Below the pieces are notes generated by a model. That model was not told where the DNA came from. It made no database searches and saw only the letters and a program-made list of their open reading frames with translations. 32,000 bases of DNA from positions 240,001 to 272,000 of the forward strand of contig CAZKBG010000001.1 in NCBI GenBank assembly GCA_964551375.1. Direction: 5' to 3'. Position 1 is the first letter of the stretch, and each line of letters opens with the position of its first letter. Shown piece by piece: positions 1 to 6,042 of the stretch. The position numbers were made by a program, and so were the translations under genes. Source of the stretch: an uncultured archaeon. Its GTDB lineage: Archaea; Iainarchaeota; Iainarchaeia; Iainarchaeales; JAAZKV01.

Positions 1-1
1 A

Positions 2-388
2 TTCATCGGGGACGCAATTGTGATTGAACTAAGATATCCAATGCCTGACTTGAGTTTTGTTCAGCCAAATGACATAGTATTTTTTTACACAGGGCACTCA
101 AACAAAGCCTTCACAAAAGATTACTTTGAGAAAAATCCGGTAATAACCCCTGAAATAGCTGAAGCTTTGATTAAAAAAAGAATAAAAATAGTCGGAATTG
201 ACTCATTCAGCCCTGATAATGAGCCTTATGAAGTTCACAAAATGTTTTTTGAAAAAAGCATCCCGATTGTAGAAAATCTTGTAAGCCTTGACAAACTTGT
301 GAATAAAAGATTCAAATGCATTATCCTGCCAATAAAATTGGAAGAAGCTGACGGAGCGCCGTGCAGAGTTGTGGGCATAATTGAATAA
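2..388 (+). CDS. cyclase-family protein (arylformamidase/kynurenine-formamidase-like), 3' part; the 5' end lies outside the window
   Basis: The frame is open from base 2 to TAA at 386-388, so the ORF-track GTG at 20 is probably internal. The pattern IVFFYTGHS...KIVGIDSFSPD...EVHKMFF...IPIVENL...GAPCRVVGI resembles the C-terminal half of cyclase-fold hydrolases (by eye). Confidence 0.6.
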   Translation, partial: FIGDAIVIELRYPMPDLSFVQPNDIVFFYTGHSNKAFTKDYFEKNPVITPEIAEALIKKRIKIVGIDSFSPDNEPYEVHKMFFEKSIPIVENLVSLDKLVNKRFKCIILPIKLEEADGAPCRVVGIIE

Positions 389-430
389 ACTAAGAAAAAG
401 CTAATAAAAAAAATAATTTGCGCTTAATCT

Positions 431-1123
431 TTATCTAAGCGCATCATCAATTTTCTGCTTTAAAGTTGCGTAAGGAACCGCTCCAACTACTAAAACCCCT
501 TCGCCGGTAGTCTTTCCAACAACAAAAGAAGGAGTTCCGTTAATTCCAATCCTTGCGCCCTCATTAGCATCAGATATTATTGCTGAATCAAACTTTCCTG
601 ACAAAAGGCAAGTGTTGAATGAATTAACATCAACGCCGATTTCTCCCGCCCAAGAGGATACATTAGCAAGGGTCACTGATTGAACCATATTATATGTATT
701 GCCTGCAAGCTCCTGCTGTTTGTTATACATTTTATCATGCATTTCAAAATATTTTCCCTGCTCTCCAGCGCATCTTCCCGCATAAGCGTACATTCCCGCA
801 AGAGGGTGCCCGTTAAGAGGCAAATCCTTAAAGATAAATTTTACTTTTCCAGTGTTAACATAATCAGAAACAAGCTGGGCCTTTGATTCAATGAACCATT
901 TTCTGCAAAACGGGCACTGAAAATCAGAATATTCTATAACCGTAACCGGCGCAGAATCAGAGCCAAGGCTTCCTGCCCCTGCCGATGAAAGAGTTCCTAA
1001 ATTAACTTTTGTTTCCTGCTGTGTACAGCCAAGCAATACTACCAGCGCAAAGATAAGCGCACTGAAAATAATTAATTTCCCCGAGTTCTTCAAGCAAAAC
1101 ACCCACAGTTTATTGGAACACAA
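431..1123 (-). CDS. secreted/anchored DsbA-like thiol:disulfide oxidoreductase (thioredoxin fold)
   Basis: CPFC redox motif in YSDFQCPFCRKW. The N-terminal hydrophobic signal/anchor ends in LLGC (lipobox-like). The ORF-track start is TTG at 1123; the in-frame TTG at 1093 (MKNSGKLIIF...) gives a more typical signal peptide. Confidence 0.75.
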   Translation of the reverse strand: MCSNKLWVFCLKNSGKLIIFSALIFALVVLLGCTQQETKVNLGTLSSAGAGSLGSDSAPVTVIEYSDFQCPFCRKWFIESKAQLVSDYVNTGKVKFIFKDLPLNGHPLAGMYAYAGRCAGEQGKYFEMHDKMYNKQQELAGNTYNMVQSVTLANVSSWAGEIGVDVNSFNTCLLSGKFDSAIISDANEGARIGINGTPSFVVGKTTGEGVLVVGAVPYATLKQKIDDALR

Positions 1124-1278
1124 GTATTAAAGAGGTAACCGCTAAAGAAAAATTAAAGAAACCAAAACAAAAATCTCTGCAAAAATCACTAACGTGAAAT
1201 TTTTTATCCGCATTTTTGGGGCACAGAGCCAAATACCCCAATCAGAAGCTTTTTATATTACAAAGGCCTAATTTGAGC

Positions 1279-1533
1279 ATGAAAAATTCAAACATAAAAA
1301 ATAATTCTGCAGACAGGATTCACAATTTATCAAAAAATGTTGTCTGGTGGAAAGTTGTAGGAGTAATTATTGGCGGATTTGCTTTAGGAATAGTTATTTC
1401 AAATTATTTCTTCAGCTACACAATTGGTGTTGATTCAATTTTTCAAGGAATACAACTATTACTAATAGCATGTATCCTGGCATTACTTCTTGATGTGCGC
1501 AGACTAATAATCAATTCAGCTAACCGGTGCTAA
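1279..1533 (+). CDS. small membrane protein, unknown function
   Basis: ATG at 1279 lies in frame with the ORF-track TTG at 1216. Two hydrophobic stretches (VVWWKVVGVIIGGFALGIVISNYFF and LLLIACILALLL). No recognisable family. Confidence 0.45.
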   Translation: MKNSNIKNNSADRIHNLSKNVVWWKVVGVIIGGFALGIVISNYFFSYTIGVDSIFQGIQLLLIACILALLLDVRRLIINSANRC

Positions 1534-1640
1534 CAACCATCAATAAAACTGGTTTTCTTAATCGAACAATAAAGTTAGTGATTAAGTTCTCTGTATGAAA
1601 ACACCAAAAAGCATTTAATTAACAAAATGAGTAAATTAGT

Positions 1641-2321
1641 ATGCGAGTAAAGCCAAAGGCAAAAGCTCTAAAGAAAGCGCCAATTCCTACGCGCTCAAAA
1701 AAAGCGGCAATTGAAAGAAGATTTCTAAAAAACCCGTTAAAAACAAAATCACTAATAGTAACAGCATGGTTTAGAAAATACTTACGAGAAAACAAAGGCC
1801 TATTAACTTCATTCTTAAAAGCAAGAAGAGAACTTCACAAAGGAAGAGCAGTGGCATTTCAAGAAGGAAAAGTAACTCTTGCATTTCATGATGACCCAAA
1901 CGCAAGCGCATCAGCTCATTTATATAAATTAACGCTTGGAAAAGATATTTTCTTTATTAAAGAACAAAGAGAAGGAAAAAACAGGCACAAATTCAAAGCG
2001 CATCTTGATGTCGCTGACAAACAAATAATGGCGCTTGAGAAAGCAAGAAAAGTTTTGAAAGGAAACCCAGATTTTGAAGTAGCAAACTATCACATGGGGT
2101 GGACAAGCGGGCACAACTCATTTTTAGTAACCGAACACTACCATGGAGTGCTTGTTGAACACATGCGCCCAAGCCAAGGCTGGATAGACCACAAATTCAA
2201 ACCAACAAGAATGAAATTACTTGAAGCAGGACTTGAAGACTTTGGCGTCCACAACTTAATTTACGACGCAGAAAGAAAAAAATGCATAATAATAGATTTG
2301 AGACTATCTGGATACTCCTAA
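1641..2321 (+). CDS. basic orphan protein with a putative minimal protein-kinase-like fold
   Basis: 226-aa ORF with ATG start and a Lys/Arg-rich N-terminal tail. C-terminal EDFGVHNLIYDAERKKCIIIDL has an Asp with Asn at +5, followed by a hydrophobic-Asp strand, like the catalytic loop plus DFG-equivalent of RIO/Bud32/Kdo-kinase-type enzymes. Upstream, FFIKE could supply the beta3 Lys and FLVTEHYHG a hinge. The fold call is inference only. Confidence 0.7.
   Translation: MRVKPKAKALKKAPIPTRSKKAAIERRFLKNPLKTKSLIVTAWFRKYLRENKGLLTSFLKARRELHKGRAVAFQEGKVTLAFHDDPNASASAHLYKLTLGKDIFFIKEQREGKNRHKFKAHLDVADKQIMALEKARKVLKGNPDFEVANYHMGWTSGHNSFLVTEHYHGVLVEHMRPSQGWIDHKFKPTRMKLLEAGLEDFGVHNLIYDAERKKCIIIDLRLSGYS
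2226..2305 (+). repeat. left copy of an 80-nt direct repeat (3' end of the 1641..2321 CDS)
   Basis: Identical to 3816..3895 except 2288 (a) versus 3878 (t). The offset is exactly 1590 nt. Confidence 0.95.
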
Positions 2322-2392
2322 TAATTTAGTAAATCACTTAATCGTTTTAGATATTCTTAAATATAATAAAATCTTAGTAATAGTTGACTTTT

Positions 2393-3214
2393 ATGGCAAT
2401 ATTAAGCTCATTTGACAAAATTGCGCTTGTCGGAATAATAATATGTTTAGCATTAATATTTGCTTCAGCAGCAGGACTTGATTTAGCAAAACCATACCAC
2501 CAATTTACTCAAATGGTATTCGGCACAGAAGCCGTAACGGATTCTAATGGAGTACTTTTGGCAAAATACGGCGGAACAGGAGTAGCAAAATGCGGAACAG
2601 GAGATGTGCTTGTTTGGAACAATACACAAAATAAATGGATATGCACTAACATGTTCGGACCGGGGAGCCCGCCAACAGCAACACTAACCGCAACACCAAC
2701 AACAGTAAATTATGGAGGAGCATCAAGCATAATTTGGAGCTCAACAAACGCAGACACTTGCGTTGTTAGAAAAAACGGAGCAGCATTCTCAACATTACTT
2801 TCAAGCACAGGAACAACTTCAGGCGCGCTTACTGCAAACCCAACAAACTTTGATATAAACTGCACAAACATAAACGGCTCAAACGCGCTAATCACTGTAC
2901 CAATATCAGTAACTGACAATTACCCAGCGCCCCCAGCAGGCGTTTTAGTTTACGACAGCGGATGGCAAGCATGGAACCCAGTATCAATATCACTAAACCA
3001 CACAAGCGTTCCAGTTGCAAACCAAAACGTAGTAGCATACGTTGGATGGGCTCAAAGCCCAGTGCCAGCACACGCAGCAACAAACTTCACAAGCTACGGC
3101 TCAACAGCAGCATACAGAATAACCGCAAAAGCAACAACTTACCTAACGATCACAAGAAGCGGACAAGCAGGCGAGCCATACTACTACTGGGTAAGGATAT
3201 ATTCGACGGCTTGA
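2393..3214 (+). CDS. secreted/anchored protein with a Thr/Ser-rich Ig-like module
   Basis: ATG at 2393 (the ORF-track start is TTG at 2384). N-terminal hydrophobic segment IALVGIIICLALIFASAAG. Module ATLTATPTTVNYGGASSIIWSSTNADTC...DINCTNINGSNALITVPISV has the beta-sandwich repeat pattern common in surface proteins. Several N-x-S/T sequons. Confidence 0.7.
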   Translation: MAILSSFDKIALVGIIICLALIFASAAGLDLAKPYHQFTQMVFGTEAVTDSNGVLLAKYGGTGVAKCGTGDVLVWNNTQNKWICTNMFGPGSPPTATLTATPTTVNYGGASSIIWSSTNADTCVVRKNGAAFSTLLSSTGTTSGALTANPTNFDINCTNINGSNALITVPISVTDNYPAPPAGVLVYDSGWQAWNPVSISLNHTSVPVANQNVVAYVGWAQSPVPAHAATNFTSYGSTAAYRITAKATTYLTITRSGQAGEPYYYWVRIYSTA

Positions 3215-3254
3215 AAAAAGAAATAATTAAATACTAAAAACATCCCATCACATT

Positions 3255-3566
3255 ATGAACGAGAATGAAATTAGATCGCTTTACTTAGCCAGTGCTGTCC
3301 CACTTTTACTTGTCGGACTTTTCATAATATTTATAGTATTATTTGGAAATTATGACCGCACAATTACCACAACAGGTTTTATTAACGGCTTAATTATTTT
3401 TTTAATCGCAATAGTCCCATCGATATACTTTTGTGCGTTTAAATTTTATGAATATAACAAGAAGGTTCATTCGCTTAAATTGACAAAAGTAGGAATTTTG
3501 ATTAATGCAGCATATTATGTTTTTATTTTTATATTTATTTTTCTGATGATTATTAGCATAATTTAG
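3255..3566 (+). CDS. small polytopic membrane protein, unknown function
   Basis: 103-aa ORF with ATG start and three long hydrophobic segments. Very AT-rich, no recognisable motif. Confidence 0.55.
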   Translation: MNENEIRSLYLASAVPLLLVGLFIIFIVLFGNYDRTITTTGFINGLIIFLIAIVPSIYFCAFKFYEYNKKVHSLKLTKVGILINAAYYVFIFIFIFLMIISII

Positions 3567-3623
3567 AAATAGCGAATATGAACACTTTTGTTATACCCAA
3601 ACCGTGTTAGCGATTGGCAATGA

Positions 3624-3905
3624 AATACCTCAACCAACCAACTTCATACAACTTTTAGGCTGGAAAAAAGAGACACGCTCACAATATTCCCAAGCAGCGA
3701 AGAAAAACAAGTTCTAATTGTAAAAAGAGTAATAAGCGTTGAAAATCAACCTCAACGAGAACTAAGCCCAAAACAAAAAGCCCACGCTGAAAAACTAAAA
3801 CAAGCATTCTCAACTGCAGGACTTGAAGACTTTGGCGTCCACAACTTAATTTACGACGCAGAAAGAAAAAAATGCATTATAATAGATTTGAGACTCACAA
3901 GCTAA
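3624..3905 (+). pseudogene. startless 5'-truncated paralog (remnant) of the 1641..2321 kinase-like gene
   Basis: Open frame of 93 codons from the TGA at 3621-3623 to TAA at 3903-3905, with no in-frame ATG/GTG/TTG before its last few codons. It translates to ...EEKQVLIVKRVISVENQPQRELSPKQKAHAEKLKQAFSTAGLEDFGVHNLIYDAERKKCIIIDLRLTS. The last 27 aa match the parent, and the VLIVKR strand sits at the same 40-residue spacing from the EDFGVHN loop as FLVTEH does in the parent. Confidence 0.65.
3816..3895 (+). repeat. right copy of the 80-nt direct repeat
   Basis: 79/80 identity to 2226..2305, read directly from the sequence. Confidence 0.95.
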
Positions 3906-3915
3906 AAAGCAGATG

Positions 3916-4998
3916 TCATCTTTTCAAATACACCGTCTGGGAAGGGAAAGCAAAGCTGATTTTGGCTTTCTCAAAATCTTTTTTTATCCTCAACCCCACA
4001 ATGTCTCGGGCTTGAAGCATTTCCTTATGAACGCCGTGCTTGGTGTAAAAAATAATCTCAATATCAAGCGAACTTGCGCCAAATCCCTTAAACACTACTG
4101 TATAATCATCATCGCACAAATCGCACTCCTTAATAGCGGTCTTGATTATCTTCTTCGCCAGTTCAAGCTTTTTATTTGAAGTATCAAAAGTCAAACCAAT
4201 AGTCCACACGACCTTCTTCTTAGGCGCGCCGGTAATATTTGTCAAAATTTCGCTTGCCAAAATGCTATTCGGCACCACAACAAGCTGCTTGTCAAGATCG
4301 CGAACCTTAGTATGCCTAAGATTAATCTCCTCAACCTTCCCAGTATACTGCCCGTTTGAAAACTTAATCGTATCCCCAACGACAAAAGGGCGCGAAAACA
4401 AAATAGATAAACCTCCAAAAGCATCAGCAATAGTTTTCTGAGCAGCAAAAGCAAGCGCAATACCCCCAATACCAAGCCCCGCAAGCAAAGACCAGACATC
4501 AATCCCCATATTGTCAAGAACAATGATAATTCCAATACAAATCAACCCAACTTTCACAGACTTCTTTAACCACGGCAGAATCTGGTCATCAAGCTTACTG
4601 TCACTCCTATCAGTAATCGGCTTTAAGATGCGCTCAAACAAAGAATCAACAAGCTTTACTACAAACCAAATAATGTTCAGCATGAACAAAACTTTAATCA
4701 CAGTATAAAAAGTTTCAGAAACAGACTCGGGAAAAACAAGAAACTGATAACCTGCAACAAAACCGCCAAGCACAATTATAAAAGCAAAAGGCTCCTCTGC
4801 CAAGTCAACTAAAATATCATCAATATCGGTTTTTGTCTTTTTTGTAAACTTGTGCAAAACATTCTTTGAAAAATAAAGAACAATCTGTGAAAGAACAATT
4901 GCCCCAACAACTACTCCCAACGCATAGCCCCAGCTCTCAATAGAATTGCCGAAATAAACAAACTGCAAAAAGTCCACAGCCATAAAAATCACCGACAA
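3916..4998 (-). CDS. MscS-family small-conductance mechanosensitive channel
   Basis: N-terminal TM helices followed by GLGIGGIALAFAAQKTIADAFGGLSILFSRPFVVGDTIKF...GKVEEINLRHTKVRDLDKQLVVVPNS, the hallmark TM3 plus beta-domain pattern of MscS. Confidence 0.85.
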   Translation of the reverse strand: MSVIFMAVDFLQFVYFGNSIESWGYALGVVVGAIVLSQIVLYFSKNVLHKFTKKTKTDIDDILVDLAEEPFAFIIVLGGFVAGYQFLVFPESVSETFYTVIKVLFMLNIIWFVVKLVDSLFERILKPITDRSDSKLDDQILPWLKKSVKVGLICIGIIIVLDNMGIDVWSLLAGLGIGGIALAFAAQKTIADAFGGLSILFSRPFVVGDTIKFSNGQYTGKVEEINLRHTKVRDLDKQLVVVPNSILASEILTNITGAPKKKVVWTIGLTFDTSNKKLELAKKIIKTAIKECDLCDDDYTVVFKGFGASSLDIEIIFYTKHGVHKEMLQARDIVGLRIKKDFEKAKISFAFPSQTVYLKR

Positions 4999-5018
4999 TT
5001 AATGAAAATTTTAGTAGA

Positions 5019-5091
5019 TACCCCAACCGGGATTCGGACCCGGGTTACAAGCTTGAAAGGCTCGTGTGCTTGACCGCTGCACTATTGGGGC
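5019..5091 (-). tRNA. tRNA-Glu (anticodon UUC), 73 nt, no encoded CCA
   Basis: The minus-strand sequence GCCCCAA-TA-GTGC-AGCGGTCAA-GCAC-A-CGAGC-CTTTCAA-GCTTG-TAAC-CCGGG-TCCGAAT-CCCGG-TTGGGGT-A folds as a cloverleaf. It has a 7-bp acceptor stem (G1-U72), a 4-bp D stem, a 5-bp anticodon stem with loop CTTTCAA (U33, TTC, A37) and a 5-bp T stem. Confidence 0.85.
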
Positions 5092-5152
5092 AATCAACTC
5101 AACCAACTATCCAATAGTGCGTTCGTTTTCGCCAGCCTTTTTCTAAAAGGCT

Positions 5153-5169
5153 GCTGCACTATTGGGGCA
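5153..5169 (-). repeat. 17-nt duplicate of the tRNA-Glu 5' end in the tRNA leader
   Basis: gctgcactattggggca occurs at 5076..5092 (tRNA 5' end plus 1 nt) and again at 5153..5169. Between them, 5111..5120 (ccaatagtgc) is the exact reverse complement of 10 nt of both copies, and 5134..5152 is an 8-bp/3-nt-loop hairpin. Confidence 0.9.
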
Positions 5170-5270
5170 TGAAATTATTTTGTTTTCATGCGAGGCTTTG
5201 CCTCAGTTAAGTTTTTTGTTTTAGTAAAAAGTTTGGGAGGAAAATCGTTTATAAAGCTTTCATTTGGGGG

Positions 5271-5651
5271 TTAATTTTTGCCCGCGAGCATTCTTGCAAC
5301 TCTTTTTGCGTCTCTTCGCTTTGCAAGGTTTCTTTTGAGCTGGCTTTCAAGTTCAAGCTCTCTTCTCATTCCGCTATTTACAATTCCCAAGTCTCCAGTC
5401 ACTGCTCCTGTGAACTGCCTGTCCCTTGCTCTACGCATGCCTGTATTTATTTCTCCAAGCGCAGGGCTTGTTCTTCTTCGCTCAAATTTCAAAAATTCAG
5501 CAGCTACTTTTCTTCTCGCAGCAATCATCGGTCTTCTTCTTGGAGCAACCATTAAACCATCACTAAAGTATTTCTTCTTTAGAAGTATAAATGCTTTGCC
5601 CCTAAAGGAAGCGCTTAGGGCTTTTTGGGGACTTTTGTTTTTGAAGCCCAA
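5271..5651 (-). CDS. Arg/Lys-rich orphan protein (start uncertain)
   Basis: AGA/AAA/GCA codon usage matches the other genes here, whereas the overlapping plus-strand ORF 5278..5703 is Leu/Ser/Phe-rich like an antisense artefact. The ORF-track start is TTG at 5651. The first ATG, at 5552, is preceded by AGTGATGG (SD-like) and would give a 93-aa protein. Internal short repeat N-[TS]-G-M-R-R occurs twice. Confidence 0.5.
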   Translation of the reverse strand: MGFKNKSPQKALSASFRGKAFILLKKKYFSDGLMVAPRRRPMIAARRKVAAEFLKFERRRTSPALGEINTGMRRARDRQFTGAVTGDLGIVNSGMRRELELESQLKRNLAKRRDAKRVARMLAGKN

Positions 5652-5702
5652 AACAACCCTTATAAAGCTTTGGCTGTTGATTTCTTTGATAGGTGAGTTT
5701 TA

Positions 5703-5867
5703 GTGGCTGACTTCAAAGAATCATTGGCAAGAAGATTCAATAATGTTTACATCTGCCAAAGGTGCAATGCAACAAACAGATCTTCTTCAGGACTTCCTGC
5801 CCAGTGCAGAAAGTGCGGTTCAAAGAGATTAAGATTAAAGAAGAAAAAGAAGAAGGCTGCTGCTTAA
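5703..5867 (+). CDS. rpl40e: ribosomal protein L40e (zinc-ribbon)
   Basis: This 54-aa ORF is below the ORF-track cutoff. GTG start at 5703 follows AGGTGAG (SD) at 5-nt spacing. Product: VADFKESLARRFNNVYICQRCNATNRSSSGLPAQCRKCGSKRLRLKKKKKKAAA. The CxxC...CxxC arrangement and basic tail match archaeal L40e. Confidence 0.75.
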   Translation: MADFKESLARRFNNVYICQRCNATNRSSSGLPAQCRKCGSKRLRLKKKKKKAAA

Positions 5868-5895
5868 AAGCAGGCTTCTTTTTAGAACTTTTTTT
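5850..5895 (+). terminator. hairpin plus oligo-T tracts downstream of rpl40e
   Basis: aagaaggctgc (5850-5860) pairs with gcaggcttctt (5870-5880) with one mismatch. T5 (5879-5883) and T7 (5889-5895) follow. Oligo-T is the usual archaeal termination signal. Confidence 0.45.
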
Positions 5896-6042
5896 GCTTG
5901 GCTCAAATTTTTATCAAAAATCCCAGGCAGGTTTTTAAACGTTTTACTCTTGACTTCTGTCCGCAAAATATGCTAAGAGGAATTTAATTAAATAATTTGA
6001 TAACACGCTATAAGTTCAGATAAATAAGCAAGAGGATTATTC

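Noticed and set aside
2384-2480. The N-terminus of the 2393..3214 protein as a type IV pilin/archaellin-like class III signal peptide.
   Set aside because: There is no [KR]-G-[AQS]-type prepilin peptidase site before the hydrophobic stretch. It looks like an ordinary signal or anchor.
2226-3895. The 80-nt repeat pair as a diversity-generating retroelement template/variable repeat (TR/VR) pair. DGRs are known in small archaea, and the VR sits at the 3' end of target genes.
   Set aside because: There is only one mismatch (a versus t) despite about 30 adenines in the repeat, so there is no adenine-specific substitution pattern. No reverse transcriptase gene lies in the window, and the repeat encodes a catalytic-loop-like segment rather than a variable ligand-binding tip.
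5092-5169. The duplicated tRNA 5' segment as a second tRNA gene or as the 5' exon of an intron-containing tRNA-Glu.
   Set aside because: The upstream segment cannot form a full cloverleaf because it has no T arm or 3' acceptor strand. The downstream 73-nt gene is already complete and colinear, and no bulge-helix-bulge motif is evident at the would-be junctions.
5280-5650. The relatively G/C-rich 370-nt stretch next to the tRNA as RNase P RNA or SRP RNA.
   Set aside because: I found no GAGGAAAGUCC-type CR-I, no ACAGAA...GGCUUA CR-V, and no SRP helix-8 GGAA/AGCA motifs on either strand. A continuous coding-like frame is present.
5278-5703. The plus-strand 141-aa ORF upstream of rpl40e as a real gene.
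   Set aside because: It has a TTG start and a Leu/Ser/Phe-rich composition typical of the antisense of a Lys/Arg/Glu-rich gene. The minus-strand frame has codon usage like the neighbouring genes. It is kept only as an ambiguity in a finding.
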